Shown here: positions 1-10,597 of the stretch, one piece after another
Layout of the letters: the number at the start of each line of letters is the position of its first letter
Position numbering within the stretch: position 1 is the stretch's first letter
Source of the DNA: an uncultured Candidatus Saccharibacteria bacterium
GTDB taxonomy: Bacteria > Patescibacteriota > Saccharimonadia > Saccharimonadales > 2-12-FULL-41-12
Length of the DNA: 64,000 nt
Direction of reading: 5' to 3'
NCBI GenBank assembly: GCA_964444225.1
Contig: CAYUFM010000002.1
Location: forward strand, 3,609 to 67,608
Program-made: the position numbers and the translations under genes
Notes under the pieces: generated by a model
Told to the model about the DNA's origin: nothing
Databases searched by the model: none
Seen by the model: the letters and a program-made list of their open reading frames with translations, nothing else

Positions 1-898
1 GATTTTCTAGATGTTGTTCTATCTGGAGTTGAGCCAGCCTTGAGCGCAAAATTGTCATAGCTGTTTCTTTATTTTGAAGTTGTGAACGCTCATTTTGAAT
101 ACTAACAACCAATCCTGTTGGTAAATGGGTAATTCTAACTGCAGAGTCAGTTGTATTGACACTCTGACCACCGTGTCCACCAGCTCTAAAAACATCAACT
201 TTTAAATCATTGTCGTCTATAGGAACTTGGTCTGGAGCGTCAATCTTAGGCAGGATTTCTACCTTGGCAAAGCTAGTTTGACGCTTGGCGTCAGCGTTAA
301 ATGGACTCAAGCGTACTAATCGATGCACTCCGTGTTCTGACTTTAGTTTTCCGTATAAAAATTTTCCAGAAAGTTCTATGTCGACACTTTTAATACCAGC
401 TTCCTCACCCACTGATTGCTCTAGTACCCGAGCCTTAACTTGGTTGTTTTCTGCCCAGCGTAAGTACATTCTCATTAACATTTGCGCCCAATCTTGGGCA
501 TCTGTTCCACCCGCCCCAGCATAAACACTAAGCAAAACGTCACGATCATCAAAAGGACCATTAAATCTCAACTCAACCATTAATGCTTCCAGCTTTTTAG
601 ACAAAGTATCGATTCCAACTTCTAGATCATCAACAAGAGTTGGATCATTCATTTCAGATAGTTGACGCAGATCGTCTAGCGAAGTACGGATTTCTTCCCA
701 GGGATTTAGCGCATTTTCTAATTTACTTTGGATTTTCATATGACTAGTGGCTTCATCACTATTTTTCCAAAAATCAGATTTAGATGATTCCTCCTGGAGT
801 TTTTTTAGCTCCTGCCACTTTTCCTGGAAATTTATTTTTTCTAAAGCTTGATCAACCTTTTTTTTGGTTTGTTCAAGCTTTTTTGAAATTTCTTCCAT
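1..898 (-). CDS. prfB: peptide chain release factor 2; the 3' end runs off the left edge of the window
   Basis: My own minus-strand translation from the ATG at 898-896 gives [10 protein letters not shown]...[22 protein letters not shown]...[16 protein letters not shown]...[29 protein letters not shown]. It contains the SPF and GGQ motifs in one uninterrupted frame. It is missing from the ORF track only because no stop codon lies inside the window. Confidence 0.9.
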   Translation of the reverse strand, partial: MEEISKKLEQTKKKVDQALEKINFQEKWQELKKLQEESSKSDFWKNSDEATSHMKIQSKLENALNPWEEIRTSLDDLRQLSEMNDPTLVDDLEVGIDTLSKKLEALMVELRFNGPFDDRDVLLSVYAGAGGTDAQDWAQMLMRMYLRWAENNQVKARVLEQSVGEEAGIKSVDIELSGKFLYGKLKSEHGVHRLVRLSPFNADAKRQTSFAKVEILPKIDAPDQVPIDDNDLKVDVFRAGGHGGQSVNTTDSAVRITHLPTGLVVSIQNERSQLQNKETAMTILRSRLAQLQIEQHLEN

Positions 899-899
899 G

Positions 900-2189
900 C
901 TACTCTTCCCACAAACTACTAAGCTGTTCTACTAATGATTCTACCTCACCGGTTGCTGGGTTCCCCAAGACTCCAAGTCCCCAAACTTTTTCAGAAAACA
1001 ATTCTTTTGCGCCATTTGTAATTTGAGTTTTTGTGACTGATTTTATTCGGTCTGGAAGAGTTGTGTAGTCTATATATTGATCGTCAAAAAAGTATCGAGA
1101 CGCGTAGTAGTTCGCCATACCAGATACCGTTTGATAGCCACGTTGATATGCACCCAGGCGCCGTTGCTTAGCGGCATCAATCTCTTCTTTGGTCAGGCCA
1201 CCGTTAAAAATATCTTTTAGTTGGGTTGTCATAATATCAAAAAGTTGATGCACATTATCTGAGCGAACTTGTGCTCCAAACCACCAGTTTGTGCTAGAAA
1301 ATTCGTAGCCAATGCCAGAACTCATGCTATAAACCAAGCCGTTTTCGCGGGCGGTTCCTAAAATTCTAGAATACAAAGTTTCTGTTAACATTCCGTTGAG
1401 CAAGCTCATTGCGGCCAACTCGTCGTCATCCATTCGTCTTGTTAGGAATGTGTCAAAATAAAAATAATAATTATCTACTGTCCGGTTACGAATCTTTAGA
1501 GGTTTTTTAAGGTTTTTTGGTACTTCATCTGGCAAGGTTTTGCGTCCAGTACCCTTAGGTAGTTCTACCGCACCAAGAAGTTCTTTGATCTGCTGTTTAC
1601 GGGTTTGAGTAATTTTACCTGCTATCACAAAGCGCATATTGCTAGCTGTGTGGGTGTTTTTATAATGAGTTTTAATATCGTCTAGAGTAACGTTTTTCAT
1701 AAGTTTTAGACGCTCTTGATCCGTAACGCTACAAAATCCGTAAGCTTCACGCAGAGCGAGACTTAAATGCCTAAAATGATTATTGGATCTAGCGGTTAGC
1801 TCTTCGCGAACATTGCCGACTTCTGCCTTAAACTCATCTTCTAAAAACAAAGGTTTACAGATAGCAATTAGCAACCAATCTAAAATTCTCTGCCACTCAA
1901 AGTCCGCGCACTCGGCTTCATAAATTATGTCATGCGTACCCGTACTGGCATTGCAGTAAGCTCCGTTTTTTTCGAATTCTGCCTGAAAAAGTCTAGCCTT
2001 TGGAATATCCTGGTTAGCGCCAAGCAACAAGTGCTCCATTATATGTGGCGTCTCCCACTTATCGCGCTCTACTAGATACTCTCCGGCACGAAAGTTAATC
2101 TCAAAAGACATGACAGTGGCATCGGGCACATTAATGAGTAGACCCTTCGCCCCATTTTTTAAAACTATTTCAGAAATTTTATGCTTCAT
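900..2189 (-). CDS. M16 (insulinase/pitrilysin-like) zinc peptidase
   Basis: A 429-aa ORF with the inverted zinc motif HxxEH (HIMEH) near the N-terminus. Its length fits the two-lobe M16 architecture. Its stop codon lies 1 nt from the prfB start. Confidence 0.75.
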   Translation of the reverse strand: MKHKISEIVLKNGAKGLLINVPDATVMSFEINFRAGEYLVERDKWETPHIMEHLLLGANQDIPKARLFQAEFEKNGAYCNASTGTHDIIYEAECADFEWQRILDWLLIAICKPLFLEDEFKAEVGNVREELTARSNNHFRHLSLALREAYGFCSVTDQERLKLMKNVTLDDIKTHYKNTHTASNMRFVIAGKITQTRKQQIKELLGAVELPKGTGRKTLPDEVPKNLKKPLKIRNRTVDNYYFYFDTFLTRRMDDDELAAMSLLNGMLTETLYSRILGTARENGLVYSMSSGIGYEFSSTNWWFGAQVRSDNVHQLFDIMTTQLKDIFNGGLTKEEIDAAKQRRLGAYQRGYQTVSGMANYYASRYFFDDQYIDYTTLPDRIKSVTKTQITNGAKELFSEKVWGLGVLGNPATGEVESLVEQLSSLWEE

Positions 2190-2219
2190 ACTAAATCAGT
2201 AGAAACTAGAGCAAAGGCT

Positions 2220-4820
2220 CTACTTTCTACCTTTCTTTCGTCGCTGTCTCTCGGCTTTTCTGGCCTTCTTTTTCTTTGTAGCTTGTTTTTTCTTTACAAT
2301 ATTTTCTTGACTTTCTGTTTTGAAATCATCTTCTGTGAATTCTTCTGCGTCTATAATTTTATCGGCATTATCAACAGATTTACGAGCAGCTTTTGTCAAT
2401 TCAGTCTCAACAGCTTTATCAATCTGAGACGCGTCTATTGGTCGTGCATGGAACAAAGTCTTTACAACCTCATGACGCAAGTTGAGTTGCATTGTTTCAA
2501 AAATAATTTGTGACTGACGACGATACTCTACCAATGGATCACGTTGACCTACCGACATCCAAACTATACCCTCACGCAAATGTTGCATGTTTTCAAGGTG
2601 TTGCATCCAATAATCGTCTAGAGTTTGCAAGTAAATATTGCGCTCGATTGTTCGCAGTACTTCCACACCAAAACGCCCCTCTTGATCCTCATATAATTTG
2701 TGAGCTTCCTTGATAAGCTCTTTTTCTAGATCTTGAGCCGGAAGACTAAACAGTTTGTCCAAAACTTTGTCATCAAACGGAAAGACGTGTTTAATCATAT
2801 CTTCATATTTATCGGTGGTAGAATGTGGAGAATTTGCTAAGTCTCTTGCCTCAGAATTGATAAATTCGTTAACTCGTTTACTAATATCGGCATGTTTTAG
2901 AATCTCGGAGCGCATGCTGTATGTCGCCATACGGTGGCGGTTCATAACATCATCATATTTAACAACGTCTTTACGTGAATCAAAGTTGAAGCCTTCGATC
3001 TTCTTTTGAGCGCCTTCTAGTCCTTTACTGATTACCCTGTGTTCAATCGGAGTTTCGTCGTCAACCTTTAGTTTTGTCATGATGGCACCAATTCGCTCGG
3101 CACCAAAAATTCGCATAAGATCGTCTTCAGTACTTACATAGAAGCGAGTCTCGCCTGGGTCACCCTGTCTACCGGATCGTCCACGCAACTGGTTGTCGAT
3201 ACGACGAGATTCGTGCCTTTCAGATCCTAGGACAAATAAACCACCGGCTTTTTTAGCGGCTTCGTCCAAAACAATGTCGGTACCACGACCAGCAATGTTT
3301 GTTGCTAGAGTTACCGCACCTTTTTGGCCAGCTTTTGCAATGATTGCCGCTTCGCGCTCGTTGTTTTTTGCGTTCAGGACGTTATGTGGGATGCCGGCTT
3401 TCTTTAGCTGGGCACTTAGAATTTCGTTTTTTGCTATAGACACACTACCAATCAATACTGGTTGGCCTTTTTTGTGTAGACTAGCAACTTCTTTAACAAT
3501 GGCCTTGAACTTGCCAGTTTCGGTTCTATAAATCTGGTCTTGCTGGTCTATACGAATCAGTGGTCTGTTTGGCGGAATCTCTACTACATCAAGTTTGTAA
3601 ACCTGATGAAATTCTTCAGCCTCAGTACTGGCTGTACCTGTCATGCCGGACAATTTTTCGTATAAACGGAAATAGTTTTGGAAACTAATTGTAGCCAGAG
3701 TCATAGATTCTTCTTGAATTTCTATGCCTTCCTTGGCTTCTATTGCTTGGTGTAGTCCTTCGTTGTAGCGACGACCTTTTAGTAAACGACCAGTAAACTC
3801 GTCTACAATTACTGCTTCACCATCTGTTGTAACTACATAATCTTTATCACGCTTGAAGAGCGCCTGGGCTTTTAGAGCTTGTTCTAGGTGATAAATTGTT
3901 CGCACGTTAGATGAGGCGTATAAATTTTGTATTCCCAAAATTTTCTCGACTTGGTCTATACCATCTTCGGTTAGCACTACAGCTTTACGTTTTTCGTCGA
4001 CTTCAAAATGAGTGTCTTTTTTAAGACCTCGGACCACCTTTGCAAACTGAGTATACGCGCTACCACTAGCCGTAGAGGGCGCAGAAATAATCAATGGAGT
4101 ACGTGCTTCATCAACTAGAATTGAGTCAACCTCATCGACGATTGCATAGTATAGATCTCTTTGACGAAGTTGGTCTGTTTCTCTAACCATGTTGTCGCGT
4201 AAGTAATCAAAGCCAAACTCATTGTTTGTTCCATAGGTAATATCTGCCCGGTAAGCTTCCTGACGAGTACATGGTTTTAGAACTTTTAGACGTGGGTCTT
4301 CATGATTTTTATTATCATAATTTTTATCAAAAATATATGATTCCTCAGCAATAATAACACCGGTAGTTAGTCCCAAAAAGTCATATATTTTACCCATCCA
4401 GGCGGCGTCACGCTGAGCAAGATAGTCGTTAACAGTAACTACATGCACACCCTTTTCGGCTAGGGCATTTAGGTAAACTGGAGATGTTGAGGTTAGGGTC
4501 TTGCCCTCACCGGTTTTCATCTCGGCGATACTTCCATCGTGTAACGCCATCCCGCCAATCAGCTGAACATCGAAGTGACGCTGGCCCAGGACTCTTCTGG
4601 CAGTTTCGCGGACAACTGCAAAAGCGTCAGGCAAAATCTTATCTAAATTTTCTTTTTCTAGTCGTTTTTTTAGTGCCTTGGTCTGTTCACCCAATTGCTT
4701 GTCTGACATTTTTTTATATTTGCCTTCAAGCTTATTGATAGAACCAACTTTTCTGGTTAATTTTTTTAGCGTCCGAATCTGAGGATCACCAAGCGCGCGC
4801 TTTAAAACCTTGCTTTTCAT
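2220..4820 (-). CDS. secA: preprotein translocase ATPase SecA
   Basis: An 866-aa ORF with the N-terminal LKKL..VGSINKLE, MKTGEGKTL (Walker A), the DEVDSILVDEARTPLIIS DEAD-like box, and a basic C-terminal tail. Confidence 0.95.
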   Translation of the reverse strand: MKSKVLKRALGDPQIRTLKKLTRKVGSINKLEGKYKKMSDKQLGEQTKALKKRLEKENLDKILPDAFAVVRETARRVLGQRHFDVQLIGGMALHDGSIAEMKTGEGKTLTSTSPVYLNALAEKGVHVVTVNDYLAQRDAAWMGKIYDFLGLTTGVIIAEESYIFDKNYDNKNHEDPRLKVLKPCTRQEAYRADITYGTNNEFGFDYLRDNMVRETDQLRQRDLYYAIVDEVDSILVDEARTPLIISAPSTASGSAYTQFAKVVRGLKKDTHFEVDEKRKAVVLTEDGIDQVEKILGIQNLYASSNVRTIYHLEQALKAQALFKRDKDYVVTTDGEAVIVDEFTGRLLKGRRYNEGLHQAIEAKEGIEIQEESMTLATISFQNYFRLYEKLSGMTGTASTEAEEFHQVYKLDVVEIPPNRPLIRIDQQDQIYRTETGKFKAIVKEVASLHKKGQPVLIGSVSIAKNEILSAQLKKAGIPHNVLNAKNNEREAAIIAKAGQKGAVTLATNIAGRGTDIVLDEAAKKAGGLFVLGSERHESRRIDNQLRGRSGRQGDPGETRFYVSTEDDLMRIFGAERIGAIMTKLKVDDETPIEHRVISKGLEGAQKKIEGFNFDSRKDVVKYDDVMNRHRMATYSMRSEILKHADISKRVNEFINSEARDLANSPHSTTDKYEDMIKHVFPFDDKVLDKLFSLPAQDLEKELIKEAHKLYEDQEGRFGVEVLRTIERNIYLQTLDDYWMQHLENMQHLREGIVWMSVGQRDPLVEYRRQSQIIFETMQLNLRHEVVKTLFHARPIDASQIDKAVETELTKAARKSVDNADKIIDAEEFTEDDFKTESQENIVKKKQATKKKKARKAERQRRKKGRK

Positions 4821-4906
4821 ATAAACAGAACTTTCCCGATGAAATTGATAGTTAGGTTAATTATAGCGCAACATCGGTAAAAATATAACCCGAAAGGTGT
4901 TGTGAT

Positions 4907-5296
4907 TTAATAGTCTTCTGTAGGTAAAAATTGGTCTTTTTGTTTTTTGCTAAGACGCCCTATCGTATGACGGGAAATCTTAGAAAACGTATGCAGGTCT
5001 TTGTATCTTTTAAGTTGTTTTTTTAAATTTTCTTCTACTTCATCTATTGCGGCAATAATACTGGTAGATTTGCGATGCGAAGTAATAGTACTTTTAGGTA
5101 GCTTTATGATCACTTCACATTCATGCGCACGTTTATCCTTGGCCTTGCCATCTTTAAGCTTAACTTCTACCGAAGCACTAGGTCTAGCCATTTTAGGAAT
5201 GTATTTATCCAACCCTCCAATTTTGCGCAAAACGTAGTTACGCTCCTTTTGAGTTAGTTGGCTGTGCACACCACTTATTTGTAAAGTACCGATCAT
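4907..5296 (-). CDS. hpf: ribosome hibernation factor (HPF/RaiA family, short form)
   Basis: A 129-aa ORF. The pattern I.G....LT...R.Y...K...L.KY, followed by V.VKL.....K..H.CEV and AIDEV...L..QL.RYK, is typical of the sigma-54 modulation/S30EA family. Confidence 0.6.
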   Translation of the reverse strand: MIGTLQISGVHSQLTQKERNYVLRKIGGLDKYIPKMARPSASVEVKLKDGKAKDKRAHECEVIIKLPKSTITSHRKSTSIIAAIDEVEENLKKQLKRYKDLHTFSKISRHTIGRLSKKQKDQFLPTEDY

Positions 5297-5365
5297 TTTA
5301 GGCTCCTAATTGTTAAGTTAGTTCCACCTATTATTATACGCCCGTACAACAAGTGATATATATCA

Positions 5366-6661
5366 CTAAATTTTGTCGCGGTTACCCATATATGGGCGCA
5401 GTACCTCTGGGACGACAACATCACCCTCTACTGTTTGAAAGTTCTCAATTATTGCAATTAATGGACGTTGAGAAAAAGCTGTAGCATCGTTGGTGTGCAG
5501 GAATTCCACACTACCATCAGATCGTCTCATACGAGTCTGCATTCCCCGAGCCTGAAAATCAGTAATATAATCAGCGGTGTGGGTTTCGCGGTAGGTGTTT
5601 TGGCTAGGAATCCAAACATTTATATCAACACCTTTGGCGTTTGGCCGACCAATATCGGCAGTACACTTTTCTATAACCTGATAATGTAATCCCAGTGTGC
5701 TCATCAGATATTCTTGAATAGCAACCATAAACAAGTGCTCGTCCAACGAAGATTCTGGAGTATTAAAACTCTCCATTTCTAGCTTATTGAACTGATGTAA
5801 GCGGAAAAATCCTTCGCTGTCCTTACCGTAAGTTCCGGCCTCGCGCCGAAACGCAGTTGTATATCCAATATAGCGTAGCGGGAGCTCATCCTCTGAGATA
5901 ATTTCTTTGTAATACATCGGTGCGATCGTGTGCTCGGCGCTAGCATTAAGCCAGAGATCTTCATCTTCTATCTTATAGGTTTGTTCTTCTTTGTTGAGTC
6001 GGCCAGTGGCTTCAAAAATTTCTTTTTTAGCAACAGCCGGTGGCAATATTGGGACAAATGGCTTGTTGCTAACTTTTAGGTTATTTTCGTTGATAATTTT
6101 TTGCAGAATCTCTGGATTCGTCGCTACTTCCAAGCCATATTGCCACAAAGCAAATTCCAAACGAACTAAATCACCCTTTAAATACACAAACCTAGCGCCA
6201 GCAATTTTAGCGCCTCGGTCTTTGTCGAGCCAACCTTTAGCTTCAGCGATTTGGGCGTGATTTTTGATCTCAAATTCAAAATTTGGCTTCTCTCCCACTG
6301 TTTTGGCGACCACATTTTCATCTTCGCTAGCCCCTACCGGCACTGAATCTAAGGGTATGTTTGGAATTGACTTTAATATTTGTAGCCACTCTTCTTCGGT
6401 AGTTTGCAGATAACTTTCCCGCTCAGCAAGTTCAACTTTTATCTGACGACCTTCCTCAACCAATTCATCGCTCGGACGTCCGCCCTTCATAGATTCAGAA
6501 ATTTCGTTACGACGTGTCCGTAGAGTTTCTACCGTCTGGTACAGCTCACTTCTCTGTCGATCTAAGCTCAAAAGCTTATCAATATCTACCTGATAGCCCT
6601 TCTGGGCAGACTTTTCTTTTACCAAACCCGGGTTATCGCGAAGCAACTGAATATCAATCAT
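5366..6661 (-). CDS. serS: seryl-tRNA synthetase
   Basis: A 431-aa ORF with MIDIQLLRDNPG, an N-terminal coiled-coil arm, and class II motifs (FRREAG, GRPNAKGVD...YRETHT..). Confidence 0.95.
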   Translation of the reverse strand: MIDIQLLRDNPGLVKEKSAQKGYQVDIDKLLSLDRQRSELYQTVETLRTRRNEISESMKGGRPSDELVEEGRQIKVELAERESYLQTTEEEWLQILKSIPNIPLDSVPVGASEDENVVAKTVGEKPNFEFEIKNHAQIAEAKGWLDKDRGAKIAGARFVYLKGDLVRLEFALWQYGLEVATNPEILQKIINENNLKVSNKPFVPILPPAVAKKEIFEATGRLNKEEQTYKIEDEDLWLNASAEHTIAPMYYKEIISEDELPLRYIGYTTAFRREAGTYGKDSEGFFRLHQFNKLEMESFNTPESSLDEHLFMVAIQEYLMSTLGLHYQVIEKCTADIGRPNAKGVDINVWIPSQNTYRETHTADYITDFQARGMQTRMRRSDGSVEFLHTNDATAFSQRPLIAIIENFQTVEGDVVVPEVLRPYMGNRDKI

Positions 6662-6692
6662 AGTTATTAATTATAACCTAGATTGAAAAACT

Positions 6693-7808
6693 TTAACGCC
6701 TGCGAAAAGCAAAGTGTTCTGCAGCAATACGCCTTTGAGGCTCCGCGGCGTGACTCGCATGCGTTCCAGGAGTAATAATCCCCTTGGGTGAACGACCGGA
6801 AACAACTCTAGGCATATCAGTAATTTGCTGTAAAAATCTTATGATATCTTCACGACCTTTGTACAGTAAGTCTTGATCTGGAAAATCAAATGTTAACAAA
6901 AGATTGGGATTGTGTTCTTTGGCAGCGATTACGTCCTGAGATGGGCCTAGTAATCTACCTTTTGAGGATGATCGCTTTAAACCATTTGAGTAAGCCAGAA
7001 GTTGTCCAAGACCACCTCCCCCACTAAATTTAGGTGAAGTTTTACTATAAATATTTGGCAGGGCTTTTTTTACTTCATCTATGATTTCAGGGGTTAATCT
7101 CCATGGATCATTAGATTCTTTTAGATTTTTTGGATTGTTTATAAGGCCTTCTCTTACCATCATGCGCCACACAAATCTTGGCCAGCCAAAGTTACTTACG
7201 TTAGGCTTTCCTTTCATATACGCATGAGTGACCTGGCTGGGGTCTAGTTCTGCAACTAGACCTGAAGCAATGTTTCCGCCAAATGAATCGGTAGAAATTC
7301 TGGTTACTTCTAAGTCTTCTGAGGCTAAAGCACGTGCAAGAGATTGAACTGTTGGTATCGCTGTTGTTGTGTCGCCTTCCTCCCATGTCGTTCGGCCGGT
7401 TTTTGCAAAATACTCCAACTCTTCCTTCGTAAATGGATCTGACCCACCATTACCTATTGAAGCAAGGTAAAGTCGCGCCCTCGCAGGATGCGCAAGTGAA
7501 TGCAGGGCAAATTCTGCTGCATTTCCTACATTACCAGTAAGACTTGAGGAATACGTGGAAATTTCTAAATCTACGCCATCGCTTACTGATGTGGGGTGAG
7601 TTTGAGCAACTTCAAATCTACGGCCTGTTTTTGGGTCTACAATCTGTCGATATGTATCATTTATTTCTTCAAGTCTGTCAAAATACTCCTGGGGTAAAGT
7701 TCCATCTAAGGCAGGTTGAGGAATTTCTACATTCACCATCTCACCAGGGATCACTTTTGGATCACTCAATGGCGAAAAGACAATATTCTCATACTCATAG
7801 GTTTTCAT
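6693..7808 (-). CDS. hypothetical protein, possibly an alpha/beta-hydrolase-fold serine hydrolase
   Basis: A 371-aa ORF. ISTDSFGGNIA resembles a nucleophile elbow (GxSxG with a Thr at the first position), and there is a C-terminal PGTHASH. I recognise no stronger family signature. Confidence 0.3.
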   Translation of the reverse strand: MKTYEYENIVFSPLSDPKVIPGEMVNVEIPQPALDGTLPQEYFDRLEEINDTYRQIVDPKTGRRFEVAQTHPTSVSDGVDLEISTYSSSLTGNVGNAAEFALHSLAHPARARLYLASIGNGGSDPFTKEELEYFAKTGRTTWEEGDTTTAIPTVQSLARALASEDLEVTRISTDSFGGNIASGLVAELDPSQVTHAYMKGKPNVSNFGWPRFVWRMMVREGLINNPKNLKESNDPWRLTPEIIDEVKKALPNIYSKTSPKFSGGGGLGQLLAYSNGLKRSSSKGRLLGPSQDVIAAKEHNPNLLLTFDFPDQDLLYKGREDIIRFLQQITDMPRVVSGRSPKGIITPGTHASHAAEPQRRIAAEHFAFRRR

Positions 7809-7846
7809 CTAATTTATTAGAGCATATTATAGAGCATAAAGCAACA

Positions 7847-8641
7847 CTATATATGCGCAGATTTTTTTATGTGCTTTAGTGTCAACTCAGTTCGAGCACG
7901 CGCGTAAGTACAGTAACTACACGGCCCACCCATGATATCTATACCAATATTTGGCATTTTATCGTTGTCCATACATTTTTTCATCTTGATTATGGTTTTT
8001 TCCACCCAACTATCATCACCTTTATACGAGATAATTTTAGTCTTAAACTCTACCCTATCGTTAAAGCCATCCAGGTCTAGGCGACCGTTGGTGTAGACAA
8101 AGTATCCCTGGTCGCTAACACTAAAATCATTTGCGCGTAGCAACCACTGGTAAACTTCCATTTGTCGCTTGTACGTTACTTGCCATCCAGCATCAATGCT
8201 TACCTCACCGTCCTTCGCTGTCGCTTTGTAATCTACAACCATTAGACTGCCTTTTGGATCCACCCAGACATCATCGACTGCTCCAAAAATGTGCAAATTT
8301 GTTGGTTCATGAAGCGTAAAGACTCCCACAAAATTTTCTCGCCATTCATTCATTTGTTCATTTTGATACGGGACTGCAACAATATTGTGATCAGCCATCA
8401 TGGGATGAGCTTTTTTAAGCTCGCGGTATTTATCGAATTCTTTTTTTAGCAAAGTATCAATCGCTTGATTTATACGAAACGGCGCACCATCTGGTCGCTT
8501 TATTTTAAGCCGAACATCAAGCCAAAAACATCGCGGACACTGAACAAAAAGCTCAATCTTACTTCGGCTAACCTTAAAAGGTGCCTTTTGTCCGGGTTCG
8601 TAAGGTAATGATCGCTCCCGCCAATAATTATTCGCCATCAA
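7847..8641 (-). CDS. PD-(D/E)XK nuclease, Cas4/RecB-like, with a putative Fe-S cysteine set
   Basis: A 264-aa ORF with an N-terminal CPRC, the core GAVDDVW...MVVDYKA...YKRQMEVYQWLL (D...D/ExK...QxxxY), and a C-terminal GPCSYC. Confidence 0.65.
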   Translation of the reverse strand: MMANNYWRERSLPYEPGQKAPFKVSRSKIELFVQCPRCFWLDVRLKIKRPDGAPFRINQAIDTLLKKEFDKYRELKKAHPMMADHNIVAVPYQNEQMNEWRENFVGVFTLHEPTNLHIFGAVDDVWVDPKGSLMVVDYKATAKDGEVSIDAGWQVTYKRQMEVYQWLLRANDFSVSDQGYFVYTNGRLDLDGFNDRVEFKTKIISYKGDDSWVEKTIIKMKKCMDNDKMPNIGIDIMGGPCSYCTYARARTELTLKHIKKSAHI

Positions 8642-8650
8642 CTAATTGTA

Positions 8651-9331
8651 TCAGAGTGAAGCGGCGATGATGGCGGCAGTTTCAGCGCGAAGGGTAAATT
8701 CGCTTAAAGTAATATGGTCGTAATCGCCATTAGCAAAAATAGCTAGCTCATCGTCAGACCAACCACCTTCTGGCCCTATCACAAAACCAACTTTTTCATC
8801 AGTAAGCTCGGGCCTAGAATTACCCTGGTGGCAAATATAAATTTTGATTTTATCTCTGTATTCATCTAGTACTTTTTGCAGGTGGATAGGCTCGCGCACA
8901 TTAGGAATATCAGATCTACCACATTGTTCGCTGGCTTCTATAACAATTTTTTTAGCGCGCTCGTGATTAAATTCTTTTTTTATTGTCCGGTCGGTTATAA
9001 GAGGCACAAATGTTGAAACTCCTAGTTCTGTTGCCTTCTGTAAAATATATTCGTTATTATCTTTTTTGAGCAGGCTCCAGAACAAATATATGTGTTTTTC
9101 GGGCACAGTCCTAACTTGTTCTGTAACCAATTTTAGATGTGCTTCATTTTGTTTTAATTCAACAATTTTATATAAACGGTCTGTTTTAACACCGTCAAAT
9201 AACACTACTTCTTGTCCATCACGAAACCGCAAAACTTTGTTCCATTGCCAGATTAAAGCTTGCTCATGTAGCCAAAAATCTTGCTTCAGTTGCAAATCTG
9301 GCCCTGTATAAAATCTGTGAATTTTGGCCAT
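8651..9331 (-). CDS. rsmE: 16S rRNA (uracil1498-N3)-methyltransferase
   Basis: A 226-aa ORF with an N-terminal HRFY and a C-terminal SPOUT knot motif, IGPEGGWSDDE...L....LR.ETA. Confidence 0.8.
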   Translation of the reverse strand: MAKIHRFYTGPDLQLKQDFWLHEQALIWQWNKVLRFRDGQEVVLFDGVKTDRLYKIVELKQNEAHLKLVTEQVRTVPEKHIYLFWSLLKKDNNEYILQKATELGVSTFVPLITDRTIKKEFNHERAKKIVIEASEQCGRSDIPNVREPIHLQKVLDEYRDKIKIYICHQGNSRPELTDEKVGFVIGPEGGWSDDELAIFANGDYDHITLSEFTLRAETAAIIAASL

Positions 9332-9333
9332 AA

Positions 9334-10596
9334 TTACTTTAATGATAACACGGCTAAGCTTTCAATGTGAGGTGTACGCGGAAAGAAGTTATAGCCTGTT
9401 ATTTTTTCTATTTTGTATTCACTTTGCAGGGCATTGATGTCACGAGCTTGCGTACTTGGATTACAACTAAGATAAATAACTCTGGGCGGCTTTGCTTCTA
9501 AAATTTTATGGACAAGATCGCTGTGAAGCCCTGCCCTGGGCGGATCTACCACCAGCACGTGCTTTGAGTCGACGTAATCTAGTGCTTTTTCACTAGATAT
9601 ATTAATAACCCTGGTTTTTGTACCAAAAGCATTTTTTTCTGCCCAAAAAATATTATTTTTATCCGATTCTACTAATAAATCGGTGTTTTTTAGAGCCAAG
9701 CCAATCGTTCCAACTCCGCTATAAAAATCTAAAATCGGCGATTCACCGCAATAATTTGAGATCTCGAGCATTGCCGTGTTAAAAACAGGCAGGTTGACCT
9801 GAAAAAATGAAAAAACGTCGTAATTAATTTTTTTATTATCTAAAACATTATCGTATAAAGATATATCACCGAACTCATACAGATCATTAGAGCGTATACT
9901 GGCCGGACTTTTAGGGTTAGAGTAGACTACGACAACTCCCCTGCATACGTCTTTTAGCTCAATAATCTTTGGAAAGTTAAAATTTTTAACAAATAAAGCA
10001 ACCACCACATCTCCTGCGCTATTGCACCGCAAAATAATGCTTTTTAGATCACCGGCTCGGATTTTATTCTTGTCTAAAATATCACAGATTTTATTAGCGA
10101 CAATGTCTATTTCTTGTCTAGCAATACTACTACCAGCAACTACTTGTTTGGAGTGTGTACCTCTGTTAAAAAGTGCTAGATGTAGGCCGTCTTCATCGCC
10201 ATAAAAAGAATATTCCATCTTGCTACGATAGTTCCAGTTAATTTCTGGTGCAATAAAATCGATATCTAAGTCGTAATTAATTTTTGCTCTAGCGAATGTC
10301 TCGAACAGAATCTCTTTTTTGGCTTTATTTTCCACCGCGGAGTTCATAATTTGCCAAGGGCTGGTGCTTAAAAATTCGGCGTCTTTAGGATCTATTCTGT
10401 CTTTCGAGGCATTAATAATTTTGGTCGCAATTCCTTCAACAAAATCAGACCGACTTTTTGTAACCCGAAATTCAACCTGTTCGCCTGGCAAAACACCCCA
10501 CACAAGTGCTTTTTGACCAGTATCTAGAGTGCCTAGTCCCTGCCCGCCATGAACTAGTTTATCTATCTTTACTTCGTAAAACTGTGGCTTCTTCAC
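9334..10596 (-). CDS. RNA (uracil-5)-methyltransferase, TrmA/RlmD family
   Basis: A 420-aa ORF with an N-terminal TRAM-like OB region, FFQVN, VVDPPRAG, and the catalytic YLSCNPSTQARD. Confidence 0.8.
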   Translation of the reverse strand: MKKPQFYEVKIDKLVHGGQGLGTLDTGQKALVWGVLPGEQVEFRVTKSRSDFVEGIATKIINASKDRIDPKDAEFLSTSPWQIMNSAVENKAKKEILFETFARAKINYDLDIDFIAPEINWNYRSKMEYSFYGDEDGLHLALFNRGTHSKQVVAGSSIARQEIDIVANKICDILDKNKIRAGDLKSIILRCNSAGDVVVALFVKNFNFPKIIELKDVCRGVVVVYSNPKSPASIRSNDLYEFGDISLYDNVLDNKKINYDVFSFFQVNLPVFNTAMLEISNYCGESPILDFYSGVGTIGLALKNTDLLVESDKNNIFWAEKNAFGTKTRVINISSEKALDYVDSKHVLVVDPPRAGLHSDLVHKILEAKPPRVIYLSCNPSTQARDINALQSEYKIEKITGYNFFPRTPHIESLAVLSLK

Positions 10597-10597
10597 A

